From the NCBI GenBank assembly GCA_951406725.2, contig OX597815.1:180296001-180360000 (forward strand): a stretch of 64,000 nucleotides of DNA, read 5' to 3'. Of this stretch, positions 1 to 11,894 are shown piece after piece. Under the pieces are notes generated by a model that had not been told where the DNA came from, ran no database searches, and saw nothing but the letters and a program-made list of their open reading frames with translations. Source of the stretch: Octopus vulgaris. Taxonomy: Eukaryota. Position 1 is the stretch's first letter. Each line of letters opens with the position of its first letter. The position numbers and the translations under genes are program-made.

Positions 1-29
1 ATAATCAGCAATTCTGACAGTTCCACCAT

Positions 30-620
30 TATTACTTCGCTACTTGTACTATTTCTGTTTGTATTGCCTTTTGAGTGAACCTCCTATTCATTATATTACT
101 ACTGGCTTCACAAATGATATAATTATGAACATTGTCATTACTAGCATTATTATTAATAAGGGGAAAGATATTTCCAATTGGGATAAACTCTATCGGTACT
201 GAATTGCCATCTGCCAATATTTTCTGAAATAAGTAAAGACTTGTTAAACCATTCATAACACATTCAGCATCGAAGCATTGCACATTTGTGGATTTATTCT
301 GAACAGTTGTTGTCATGACAATATATCTATCAGCTGAGTGTCCCTCCCATCAATTTCATCATAAATATCATCCAGCAACTTACCTCTTGCCAAGGCAGGC
401 AGTTTTCTTGCATCTGGTGGATGTGGCAAATGAGATTATATCACAGGTAAGATTGAATGAAGAATGGCCTGTGTGGATGGTTCTACTCTTAACATGTGCC
501 TAAAGGTCAGAGAACATGTCTGGGAGAAGACACTTGCCTTTGGCAGTGAAGGTAATCCAGGGTGTGTAACATCCCATCTTTGATATTAAGTGGTTGTCTC
601 CCTATTGGGATATTTCATTT
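30..620 (-). pseudogene. Possible very old Ty3/Gypsy pol remnant (RT connection/RNase H)
   Basis: Minus-strand peptide NKSTNVQCFDAECVMNGLTSLYLFQKILADGNSVPIEF resembles the RNase H start (..K.T.V.CDAS..GLGAVL.Q...DG...PI.F). Upstream frames are broken by stops. Confidence 0.35.
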
Positions 621-881
621 CATTACCTTTTATACTGTTGGTGGGTTTCTTTTTTTTCACCCTCTGTTTTACATAAACCACCATCATTTTTGCAATTTAC
701 CTTTTAATGTTCCTTCATCCATTGCTCTTGTTTCAAGTGAACAACTATTATTATTCTGCAGACTCTTTAAAGTTTTCAACAGTATTTCCACCAGTTCATT
801 ATTTTCAGAATTCTAATTCCACCAAGTGAAATTTGCTTTCAGTAAAATATTGCTGTCATCATCATCGTCCCTACCACCACC

Positions 882-915
<34 letters not shown>

Positions 916-1218
916 TCATTGTCATTTAATGTCTGCTTTTCTGCGCTAGCATTGGTCAGATGGTTCAATAGGAGCTAGCAAGCTAGAGACCTGCACCAGG
1001 CACCAATTGTCTGTTTTTGGCCTGGTTTCTACAGCTCAATGCCCTTCTTGATGCCCTTCCTAACACCAAACACTTTACAGAGTGTGCTGAGTGCTTTGTA
1101 TGTGGCACCAGCACCAACAGTGTCACCAGGTATCTTGCAAGATGAAAACCCCTCAACTGGGAGGAAGGAGTAGTATTAGGTAGGAGTGATGACTTAGTGC
1201 CAGTTTATGAGAGATTAA

Positions 1219-1439
1219 CCCTTTAGCATTCAGATTACTCGCTCAAATGTAATCCATATTTATTCACATTGTTTTGAATTAATCATGTATGATCTCAAAG
1301 CTTCACAATTTTGATAATGTAAATGTTTTAGTTTCAGAATGGCATTGTAGGGTAAATGTGAGAGGCTGCATCTGGTCAGTCTGAACAAAAAAGAGGTAGA
1401 ATATTTGGGCCAGATATGGCCAGTTTAAATGCTAAAGGG
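1219..1439. mobile_element. piggyBac-type MITE (family 1)
   Basis: TIRs ccctttagcatt / aatgctaaaggg, flanked by TTAA (1215-1218) and TCAA (1440-1443); non-coding. Confidence 0.75.
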
Positions 1440-2459
1440 TCAAAGGTATAGAGGGACAGAGATATGTGTCTTGCTGTAGAGTAGGTACATGGGTACCTAG
1501 CTGAAAAAAAAAGGGGGAGTGAGTTAGATAAAAACTGGGATAGATAAAATTATTTCTTTCCCTAACATTTTGGTTTTGTATTTAAGTAAGAAATAATTTT
1601 GCTTTATTTTTAACTTAAACTCCCAACAAACTAATTCTACAATTTTAACACCCTCTGTCATAGCTTTTCCCCTTATTCCAATAATATTTTTCAGTTTACT
1701 TGGTGACGCTGTCAGTGCTGACGTCATCTGAAAAGTACCCAGTACACTTTGTAAAGTGGTTGGCATTAGGAAGGGCATCCAGATGTAAAAAAAAAAAAAA
1801 AAAAATTGCCTACCCATACCAGCATAGCAAACGGATGCTAAATAATGATGAATATTATTGCCATTCATTTAATCTTTGTGTTCAAATCTTACTAACGGTG
1901 ATTTTACTTTCATCGTTCTTGGGTGACAAATACCAGTGAAACACCAAGCCAAGTAAGTCGACACTGCCTTCTCCTTCAAGACAATGTCTATCTGCCAATA
2001 TTCGATTTCAATATTATAATAAACGCTATCATATTGCCATAAGGTTACATGTACGCTAATCTTCAGAGGTCATTCAGTAACTCTAACCTCAACTATGTTT
2101 ATGAATATGAGCCATTCTCCATTGCCATCTTATCAGTCATTTTTATTTGTTGTGACATCACAACAATCGATTCGTGGCAGCATCAGGATGTCAGATAAAT
2201 AACTTGTGGTATTTGTCTCATTTCTTTATGTTCTGAGTTCAAATCCCTGCAAGGATCACTTAGCACTTCATCCCACCAAGGGTTGATTAAATCAGTATCT
2301 GTTAAGAACGGGATTCGGTTTACTTAACTCTAAACAATTCGTCCCTGAATTTCTGGCATTGTCTTCATTTATTTTGTCCTTCATTTTTTCAGGGGTCAGC
2401 GAAATAAAATAAAATGCAGGCCTGGTTATTGAGAAGGAAGCATTGATTAACGCTCTCTC

Positions 2460-2609
2460 CACCACCACCACCACCACCACCTCAATATTGCTGGCCTTGT
2501 GTCAAGATGAGGAACCATCACCACCACCACCACCATCAATCACCCCTCCTCCTCCTCCTACTACTACTACTACCACCACACCACCACCACCACCACTACT
2601 ACTACTACA

Positions 2610-2641
<32 letters not shown>

Positions 2642-2666
2642 CACTACTACTACCACCACCACCACT

Positions 2667-2697
<31 letters not shown>

Positions 2698-2762
2698 ATA
2701 CCACTACTACTAATACCACCACCGCCACCACCACTACTACTACTACAACTACTACTACTACT
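2460..2762. repeat. Compound (CCA)n/(CTA)n trinucleotide microsatellite
   Basis: Runs of ccaccacca and ctactacta; source of the poly-P/L/H/Y/S/G/V ORFs. Confidence 0.95.
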
Positions 2763-3323
2763 AGACAGCAAGTGGAGACCAATTCTCAGAGAGCAAATGT
2801 GACCTCTCCATATAAAGTAACCTAAATCGAAGCCAACTTTCCCATTCATGGCTATATCCATAATGCAGTATGACATAGCGAGCAGAGTTCAGCAAAAGAG
2901 AGAGAGAGAGAGAGAGATGGAGAAGGAAAGAGAGAAGAAACAGATGATAGAAGTGAGAGAGAGAGAGAGAGATAGAGAGAGGGAGAAGAATGGATAAAGG
3001 CAGAGAAAGAGAGTGAGTGAAAGACAGAGAGCGAAATTATTGATTTTTAATATGACAGTTTCATCTTGTGGTGTTTGATTTTCCAAGAGACGAATTTGAT
3101 TATTTCTTTTTGCTTTGTGTGCATGTGTGCCTGCATATGCGTATTTAGATTCCTAACTAACAAGGAAAAAAAGAAGGAAATATATATTTCATGAATGAAA
3201 TTGTCATTTTTCTGGCAAAGGTAAATTCAAATGTCGCCATGTGTATATGCAAGTGTGTATACCTCATTTCGATATAAATATATCTGAGTAGAAGCAATTA
3301 TGTGCATGATGTATAAACACACA

Positions 3324-3367
<44 letters not shown>

Positions 3368-3390
3368 TGCATGCACACACAAATAAAATT

Positions 3391-3771
3391 ATATAAAAAT
3401 TAGGGTACATTTAAACACAAAAGAGGTGGGCCGTAACAGGTCGCCTTACATGCCAGAAGGAACAGTCAAAAAGTCCAAACCACAGTTAAGAGCAATTTCG
3501 AAAAGAATGAAAAATAGAAACATTTACCATGTTTTACAGCCAGACCTTAGGTTTCAAACATGGTAAATGGTTTTATTTTTCATTCCCTTCGAAATTACTC
3601 TTAACTGTGGTTTGGACTTTTTGACTGTTCCTTCTAGCATGTAAGGCTACCTGTTAAGGCTCACCTCTTTTATGTTTAAATGTACACAAATTTTTATATG
3701 AAAAATATGTCTATTGACTTTGTATACATGCTTGGCCACTGGTAGAAAAAATTTCTATAATTTTTCCTACC
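3391..3771. mobile_element. Penelope-like pLTR fragment with internal inversion
   Basis: Inverted arms ~3391-3534 and ~3557-3699. Same family as 8357-8963. A hammerhead 3' half (GAAA cctaagg TC) lies on - at ~3542-3556. Confidence 0.6.
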
Positions 3772-3827
3772 CAATATTAATTTTAAGAAATTATATATAT
3801 ATATATATTCTTTTTTCTTTTCTTTTA

Positions 3828-4029
3828 CTATTTTACTTGTTTCAGTCATTTTGACAGGGCCATGCTGGAGCACTGCCTTTTGTTGAGCAAATTGACCCCA
3901 GGACTTATTCTTTGTAAGCCTAGTACTTATTCTATCGGACACTTTTGCTGAACCGCTAAGTTACGGGAGCGTAAACACAACAGCATTGGTGGTCAAACGA
4001 TGTTGGGGGGAACACACACACACACACAC

Positions 4030-4087
<58 letters not shown>

Positions 4088-4342
4088 TGCGCTCGTATGG
4101 TCATATTGTGAGAATGGATGAAGATAACTGTGTGAAAAACTGCCACACCCTAATGGTTGAGGAAACCTGTGGAAGAGGTTGACCCAGGAAGACCTGGGAT
4201 GAAGTGGTGAAGCACGACCTTTGAACATTAGAAACTCTGCCAGATTAGATTGAAGCCTGGTGCAGCCATTTGGTTTGTCAGTCCTCAGTCAACTCGTCCA
4301 ACTGATGCTGCCATGGAAAGAGGATGTTAAATGATGATGATG

Positions 4343-4373
<31 letters not shown>

Positions 4374-4545
4374 TATATACGACGGGCTTCATTCAGTTTC
4401 CATCTACCAAATCCACTCACAAGGCTTTGGTTGGCCCAAGGCTAAAGTAGAAGACACTTGACCAAGATGCCACACAGTGGGACTGAAACAGGAACCATGT
4501 GGTTGGTAAACAAGCTACTTACCACACAGCCACTCCTGCGCCTAT
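3828..4545 (-). mobile_element. tRNA-headed SINE family A, interrupted by an RTE fragment (4087-4345, +)
   Basis: Head aggcgcaggagtggctgtgtggtaag, central (TA)/(TG) spacer and tail gctccagcatggcc..tgactgaaacaagtaaaa. The insert encodes LRSYGHIVRMDEDNCVK and ends in (gat)n. Confidence 0.85.
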
Positions 4546-4674
4546 ATATTTGAACTCAGAACATAAAGACAGATGAAATACTTCTAAGCATTTCGCCCAG
4601 CGTGCTAACATTTCTGTCAGCTCGCCCCCTTTTAACATATTTCTGGCATCTGAAACACATTCTCTCGCAGTGTT

Positions 4675-4930
4675 ATTTTAATGTGGTGTGAAAGAAAGAA
4701 AGTTGTGAATCTAGTTGAGTTAACAGTTCCTCATGAAGATAACATGGACGCTGGTCAGGTTTGAAAGATCAACCATTATATAAACCTCCTCAAGGAATGT
4801 GAAAATGCATACAATTGCTGGCTTCCAGTATGCAGAGCTCTTAACTGGTAACACTTGCATGTGCAAGTTGTTTGCAAAACATCAGTTTAACATGTCTTTG
4901 GCAACTGAAACGCATTCTCTCAGATTGTTG
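4675..4930 (+). pseudogene. RLE (HERO-like) non-LTR endonuclease fragment
   Basis: ILMWCERKKVVNLVELTVPHEDNMDAGQV*KINHYINLLKECENA matches the ELTVPWEE motif of the element at 53915-54295. Confidence 0.7.
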
Positions 4931-4941
4931 TTGCAAACCTA

Positions 4942-5209
4942 TAAATAAATAGATAAATAAATGCGCCCTTTTAAAGCCTAGCCAGGCTCATGGGCCCGGT
5001 TTCCCAGTTTCTATGGCGTATGTGTTCACCAACTGCACGAGATGCTAGTCCATCGCAGCGTTACTCATTTTTGCCAGCTGAGTGGACTGGAGCAACGTGA
5101 AATGAAGTGTTTTGCTCAAGAACACAACGCGTCGCCTGGTCCAGGAATCGAAACCACAATCTTACAATCATGGTGCTGACACCCTAACCACTTAGCCACG
5201 CGCCTTCAC
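4942..5209 (-). mobile_element. tRNA-headed SINE (family C head) with TSD
   Basis: Head gtgaaggcgcgtggctaagtggttag with a B-box-like gtttcgattcc; 14-bp TSD ttgttgcaaaccta at 4928-4941 and 5210-5223. Confidence 0.9.
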
Positions 5210-5471
5210 TTGTTGCAAACCTACACATGTAAAAATCAAAATAGGAATTTTGAAAGAAATTTCTATAAAACTAGCTTTCAAACATCGAATGGCTATGGGG
5301 GTCTACCAGAATAAATTATTAAGGAAAGGGTTTCATAGGTAAAAAAACGGTTAGGAACTACTGCTCTGAGGTAAATCACACTTTTCTGTCTATCAAAACA
5401 GACATGACTCTTGTTTCACAGTTCACCTTGTAACTTCAGGGAAATAATTCTATAAATATGTCCAAACACAG

Positions 5472-5532
<61 letters not shown>

Positions 5533-5654
5533 GCTTGTAGGGAAGATGTATTGTAAGTATTTTCACTCACAAGCATACATACACACACACTCATATAGAC
5601 ACATGCACATACATATACATACATTTACACATGTATACATACACACACATATAT

Positions 5655-5900
5655 ATATTTCTTTACTGCCCAGAAGGGGCAAAACATAGAGGGGACAAAC
5701 AAGGACAGACGAAGGGATTGAGTCGATTATATCGCCCCCCCCCCCCCCCAGTGCGAAACTGGTACTTTATTTATCGACCCCGAAAGGATGAAAGGCAAAG
5801 TTGACCTCGGCGGAATTTGAACTCAGAACGTAACGACAGACGAAATACGGCTAAGCATTTCGCCCGGCGCGCTAACATGTCAGCCAGCTCGCCGCCTTAA
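5655..5900 (-). mobile_element. SINE family B (Meta-domain-like core)
   Basis: aaggcggcgagctgg...gttcaaattccgccgaggtc..ttgcctttcatcctttcggggtcgataaa; same as 12850-13081. Confidence 0.85.
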
Positions 5901-5996
5901 ATACACACACATATATACATACATATGTATGTGCACGTGCACACACACACACACACACACACTGTATAAATTGACATGGCCCTATGTAGGCATCTT

Positions 5997-6390
5997 ATAA
6001 CTTTTACTTATTTCAGTCAGTGTCTGTGACCATACTGGAGCACAGACTTGGAGGATTTTAGTCAATCAAATCAACCCCTGTATTTATATCTTAAAACCTG
6101 GCAATTTATTCAATTGATCTTTTATGCCAAACCGGTGAGTTACAAGAATGTAAACAAACCAACACCAGACGTCAAGTGGTGGAGGTAATGGTGGTGGGGG
6201 AACTAGCACAAACAGACACACACGCACATACAATGAGCTTCTTTCAGTTTCCTTTTACCAAATCCACTCACAAGTCTTTGCTGAGATCAAAGCTATAGCA
6301 GAAGACACCCAACCAAGGTTCCACACAGTGGGACTGAACCTGGAATCATGTGGTTGGAAAGCAAATTCTTACCACACAGCCACGCCTATA
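5997..6390 (-). mobile_element. SINE family A, diverged copy
   Basis: Same head, core and tail as 45618-46012. Confidence 0.8.
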
Positions 6391-6514
6391 TCTATATATG
6401 CATATTATATATTCATTCATTTGATTTATGTCTGTTTTTGCATGTTATCATGGGTTAGATGAATATATTATTGAGAAATTGTTTTTATAGCCAGATGCCC
6501 TTTTTTTTTGTTGC

Positions 6515-6810
6515 TGTTTGCCTGCAAATAAAACAGCAGTTGGAAGTCAGTTATTATTGATAGCTGAGATAAATAGTTTTGACAGACACTTTGAATTTTA
6601 TACTTTCTTCAGCTACTTTAAAAATATATTCAAATTCAATTTGACAAAATATTGATATACACGAGATGAAAACATATATATATATATATGTATGTATATG
6701 TGTGTATGTATGTATGTATGTATGTATGTATGTATATTCATTTAGATATATATATATACATATACATATATATTCATTTATATTATATATGTATATATAT
6801 ATATATATGC

Positions 6811-6850
<40 letters not shown>

Positions 6851-7297
6851 TTATATATATATATATATATATTCATATATATATTTATATATGCATGCAT
6901 ACACACACACACTCACATACATACACACATAGAAACATACATACATACATATATATATATATATGTATGTATATATATGTTCATATGTATGTATATGTAT
7001 ATGTATGTATATATGCATATATATGTATGTATATATATATATGTGTGTGTGTGTGTGTATATATATATGCATATATATATATTCATACACACACGCTCTC
7101 TCACACACACAAATATATGTATACGTATTTAAGTATGTATAAAATATTATGCCTTACCAATATATTGTCATATCAGATTTGCATAATATATTTTAAGTAG
7201 GTGAAGAAACTTCAAAATTCAAACTCAAAGCCAGCATTATTTATCATTGCTATCAATAATAACTGACTCCCAGTGCTATTTTATGTGCAGACATCCA
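6515..7297. mobile_element. MITE/foldback-like element with ~140-bp inverted arms around a TA/TG/CA microsatellite
   Basis: tggaagtcagttattattgatagc (6541-6564) pairs with gctatcaataataactgactccca (7249-7272); further matching blocks at ~6590-6660 vs ~7155-7225. Confidence 0.65.
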
Positions 7298-7968
7298 AAA
7301 TTATAGGTTCCACATCTCATAAAACCACCTGAAAATAATCCGGGTGCAAAGTCAGAATAGACTGTCTTTGAAGAATATTGTTATTCCCAGTTTTGGTAAA
7401 AATTTTTTTTTTTTTTTTGCTTTTTGTGGGGTCTTTATTCTTTTGCTTTAGTTTTTGTTTTGTTTTATGACTTTTTTTTAATTTTAGAGAAATATCATCC
7501 TTAGAAATTGATACAAAACAAAATATCAAGCCATATTGAAGTGTCCAGACATGCATTTATATCTCATCATCATCAAAATCATCATTAAAATCATCATCAT
7601 CTTTCTCCTCCTCTCAGCATCATCATCATCACCATTATCATCTTCATCATCACCATTGTCATTTTATGTCTACTTTTTCCATGCTTGCATGGGTCAAACA
7701 GTATCCAATTTTTTTACTCTTCAACCAGACGCTCTTGCTGTCACTAACCTTCATCTGTTTCCAAGCAACATAATAGTTTACACTAATCCAGACATTACAT
7801 CATGAGAGATTACAAACAGACAGCAGTTAATGTGTAATATCAAGACACACATGCACATACACACACACACCCACATGCACATACACACACAAACTCATTT
7901 ATGTATATATATATAAGTTGTTTAAGGTGTATATATATATATATATATATATAAGTTGTATATATATA

Positions 7969-8341
7969 CTAGCAGTATCGCCCGGCGTTGCTCAGGTTTG
8001 TAAGGGAAATAACTATAAAGCATTTTTAGAGAGTTATAGCCAAAAAATAGAAAAAAAATGATGGTAAATTTTTTTTCAGAGTTAAAAAGGTGGAGTTGCG
8101 TCCCCTAGACGGTCTGTGGTTTGGGTTTCTGATTCTCGACCCCATGTCGAATTTATCGATTTTTTTCAGAACTGGGGGAACTTTTCAAAATTTTCGCTGC
8201 GTTAGTTTTGAATTATGACATTGGGCTATGTGTGTGTCAAGTTTCATCAGAATCGGTTGAAAGCCGTGGTCAGAGTGAGGGTACGAGAAAACAGACACAC
8301 AGAAACACGCACAGACAAACTGCCGTTTATATAGAGAGAGA
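7969..8341 (-). mobile_element. Non-autonomous Helitron
   Basis: On -: 5' TCtctctctatataaacggcag ... gagcaacgccgggcgatactgCTAG 3'; inserted between A and T; no TSD. Confidence 0.85.
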
Positions 8342-8356
8342 TGAAAAATATACAGG

Positions 8357-8963
8357 GTAGGAAAATAAAAGAAATTTTTCTACCAGTGGCTTAGCATGCA
8401 GAAAATAGTCAATAGACTATATATTATTCATATAAAATTAGTGTACATTTAAACACATAAGAGGTGCCCTGACAGGACACCCAACATGCTAGAAGGACTA
8501 GTTAAAATCCAAACCACAGTTAGGGGTAATTTCGAAGGGAATGAAAAATAAAAACATTTACCATATTTTGTTACCAGAGCATGGTTTCAAACTTTAATTA
8601 GCAAATAAAATAATTTGCTAGGTGAAGTTCTCATCAGCGGGTACGCCAACAGTTAAAATATAATTATGTTGGCAGTAAATAAAAATGTTGACATACTTCA
8701 AAATTACTAAAATCATTTTAAAAAAAATATTCAACGTAGGAAAAATTATAGAAATTTTTCTACCAGTGGCCTAGCATGCAGAAAATAGTCAATAGACTAT
8801 ATATTTGAAACCGTGGTCTTGTAACAAAATATGGCAAATGCTTTTATTTTTCATTCCTTTCGAAATTACCCCTAACCGTGGTTTGGATTTTGACTGGTCC
8901 TTCTAGCATGTTAGGTGTCCTGTCAGGGCACCTCTTATGTGTTTAAATGTACACTAATTTTCA
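8357..8963. mobile_element. Penelope-like pLTR arrangement (direct plus inverted repeats)
   Basis: Direct repeat ~8357-8424 / ~8737-8804; inverted arms ~8430-8590 / ~8805-8963; contains a hammerhead motif. Confidence 0.65.
8570..8644 (-). ncRNA. Minimal type-I hammerhead motif, C3-G8 core (decayed helix III)
   Basis: ccg CTGATGA gaactt..tagcaaat/atttgcta..aagttt GAAA ccatgc TC tgg. The sister arm at ~8807 reads GAAA ccgtgg TC, implying an ancestral palindrome CCGCGG. Confidence 0.65.
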
Positions 8964-8964
8964 T

Positions 8965-9560
8965 GATCATCATCATTATCGTTTAACATCCCCTTTCCAT
9001 GCTAGCATGGGTTGGACGATTTGACTGAGGTCTGGTAAACCAGATGGCGGCACCAGACTCCAATCTGATCTGGCAGAGTTTCTACAGCTGGATGCCCTTC
9101 CTAACGCCAACCACCCTGAGAGTGTAGTGGGTGCCTTTACGTGCCACCGGCACAAGGGCCATTCATGCAGTACTGGCAATGGTCACGCTCAAATGGTGCT
9201 TTTTATGTACCACCTGCACAGGAGCCAGTCCAGTGGCACTGGCAAAGACAACGACCTCGCTTGAATGTTTTTTCAACGTGCCACCAGCACAAGTGCTAGT
9301 AAGGCGATGCAGGTAACGATCACGCTCAGATGGTGTTTTTAACATGCCATCGGGGTGGAGGCCAGCTTATTGCTCTGGCATCGATCTCACTCGTATGGTA
9401 CTCTTAGCGCTTCACTAGCATGGATGCCAGTCATCGATTTTGATTTCGATTTCACTTGCCTCAACAGGTCTTCGCAAGCAGCATTTAGTGTCCAATGAAG
9501 GAGAGGCACGCATAAGTGGACTGGTTACACTCCTGGCATAGGCCACAGGTTATGATCCCA
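8965..9560 (-). mobile_element. 5'-truncated RTE LINE 3' UTR
   Basis: Matches 33130-33680, including ~60-bp internal repeats and the (gat)n tail. Similar tails occur at about 14618, 20328, 21145, 23185, 42058, 44655, 45173, 50203, 50717, 53007, 58308 and 59955. Confidence 0.85.
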
Positions 9561-9624
<64 letters not shown>

Positions 9625-9750
9625 ACAGAAAGGGAGGAATTTTGATTATCCCCAGGTGGTGAGTTGTAACATATATAAGAAATTAAAGAAGGAAAATGCA
9701 CACACTTTACGTAGTATTAATATAATTTTTAATATATCTTATATTGTGTT

Positions 9751-9783
9751 TGTCGACCGGTTTTGCTTTTGCTAATCATGACA
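9751..9783 (-). ncRNA. Minimal hammerhead-like motif, A3-U8 core variant
   Basis: tgtc ATGATTA gc aaaa gc AAAA ccgg TC gaca. Helix I is tgtc/gaca with a palindromic CCGG. GAAA>AAAA is explicable by CpG decay. Lies in a (TA)n-flanked fragment 9621-9958. Confidence 0.5.
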
Positions 9784-9969
9784 TTAAAATTTATTTAAAG
9801 ATGTATTTTCTTAAGAAATTTTTTTTGTCCATGTTGTGTGTGGAGTTTATGAATGAATGATTCAACAAGTAGAAAAATCTAAGGGGAGGTAATTGGTTAT
9901 CGTTATTATTGTGGACAGGGGAGATAATTGTTCATCTTTCGGTAGGGGGTGGGAGGAATATATATATAT

Positions 9970-10250
9970 ACCACTGTGATCACCGTGACCGACCAGGCCA
10001 TCAGATGTTGTTACACATCGCTGGTCACAATGCGCTTCGCATTGTTTTAGCCTTCAAATGACACCACCCTGCTGGCTAAGCGAGCAGGCCAACAGAAGAA
10101 AGAGTGAGAGAAAGTTGTGGCGAAAGAGTACAGCAGGGCCCGCCACCACCCCCTGCCGGAGCCTCGTGGAGCTTTAGGTGTTTTCGCTCAATAAACACTC
10201 ACAACGACCGTGAGTCCGCTGCCCTAACCACTAGGGCATTGCGCCCTCAC
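9970..10250 (-). mobile_element. tRNA-headed SINE (family C-related, internally deleted head)
   Basis: Head and core match 23520-23710; the tail differs. Confidence 0.75.
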
Positions 10251-10777
10251 ATATATATATACATACACAAAAATTCAAAAACTAGAGTAGTGGGGAGAAA
10301 TATGTACAGTGATGGGTATGTAATCGTGAATTAAAATATTTTAATAAGAAGTGAACTCATTAAAAATATAAATTAGCAACAGAGGCAGTATTAATGCTGA
10401 GAGTTAATACTGATCCTGACTGAAACATGCATGTTGTATCTTGTACCTTGGGAGGGTCATTTCACCAGTAATAATAAACACACACACTGGTTCAATATCA
10501 CTTCTTTAATACTATAAATTGGTTAAATATCTAACCAATTAACTAACCAATTGTTTGCTTAAAGTTTTGGTTAAACAATTAATCAGTTTCATTTTTGCAG
10601 GATACATACATACAGATGCACACACATACATACATATATACATATGCATACATACACATGCATGCATACATATACACATTCATACGTACATACATGCATA
10701 GGCACACACACTGACCCACACACATGTGCACAAACAAACAAATAGGAACACAGTGTAAATAACGGACAGAGTCAAGA

Positions 10778-10814
10778 CTATTGAAAAGGTTGCAAGACTC
10801 AACGAAAATTTTAG
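10778..10814 (+). ncRNA. Minimal hammerhead-like motif, U3-A8 core variant
   Basis: cta TTGAAAA g gttgc aagac tcaac GAAA at TT tag; same family as 19759-19795. Confidence 0.4.
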
Positions 10815-11894
10815 GAAAATAAAAATAAGAAATAAGTGGAAATTTTACCGGTAAATGTGTTACATAATAAGGCACAAAAAGAAAATGACTCTCCCCAGAC
10901 ACAACAGAATTAATCAGTTTTTTGTTTGTCAAAGTCCTTTCATTGTTATTCACAACCTCACCAATGACATACCCTCACTCTCCAAGGTCTGCCCGAAAAT
11001 TTGTCTTATATTTGTATGTATGTATGTATGCATGTGTGTATGTAGACGTGTAGTTGCTTACAAGAGAAAGGAAGGGTGAGAGGAAATGAAGAGCATATAT
11101 ATGCATGTGTACATGTATGTATGTGGTTGTGTGTGTGTGCACTTGTGTGCCTACCTGTGTGTGTATTTCTGAGCGTGTATGTGTGTGTGTGTGCATTGGC
11201 CATCCACGATCTGTTTAAGGGTTCAGCCAATGTTTTCAAGGTTAGTTCAGATCTGCTGAGATCTGCTTGTCATCCCATAAAGATTTACAGGTGTAGCTCC
11301 TTATGTGGAGAAGGAGAGAACAGGATGTGCATGTGTGTGCGTGTGTGTGTGTGTTCTCACATGTGTGTGCTTGTGTATATCTTTGTGTGTGTGTTTATGC
11401 GTGGGTGTGCACATGGATGTGTGTGTATGGCTGTGTGTTCTTGTGCTTTTGTGTATGTATGTGTTTTTGCATGTGTGTGATTGCATGTGGTTCTGTAATG
11501 GAATTGTTCATAATTACATGCATTAATCTGTATGGATTATCTCGTATCCTGCTGTCCTGAAACAAAATGTAATTATTGGTTTGATGTTCCCGGAAAAGAC
11601 AGAAAGGAGTTGTGTTGTTACATGCTTTAATCTTCTTCAGAAAGTTAGGCAGAAGAAAAAGGGTTAAAAAGAAAGAAAATGAGAGTAGTGGAAAAAAAAC
11701 ATTTTAGCATGTGTCAAATCATTTTGAAAATGGCTTGATGACTGTGAAGGTGCCTGGCTCAGTGGTAAGAGCATTGGGCTCACAATCATGAGGTAGTGAG
11801 TTCGATTCTCGGACCTGGCTGTGTGTTGTGTTCTGGAGCAAGATACTTCATTTCACGTTGCTCCAGTTAACTCAGCTGTAGATGATGATGATGA

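Noticed and set aside
2443-2876. Poly-Pro/Leu, poly-His/Tyr and poly-Ser/Gly ORFs
   Set aside because: They are translations of a (CCA)/(CTA) microsatellite, open in many frames.
6554-7200. Long YI/CV/HT-repeat ORFs (also many elsewhere)
   Set aside because: Dinucleotide microsatellite artefacts.
10395-10432. Hammerhead-like ctgagag..gaaacatg
   Set aside because: The core box is one base short and the helices are too degraded to support a call.
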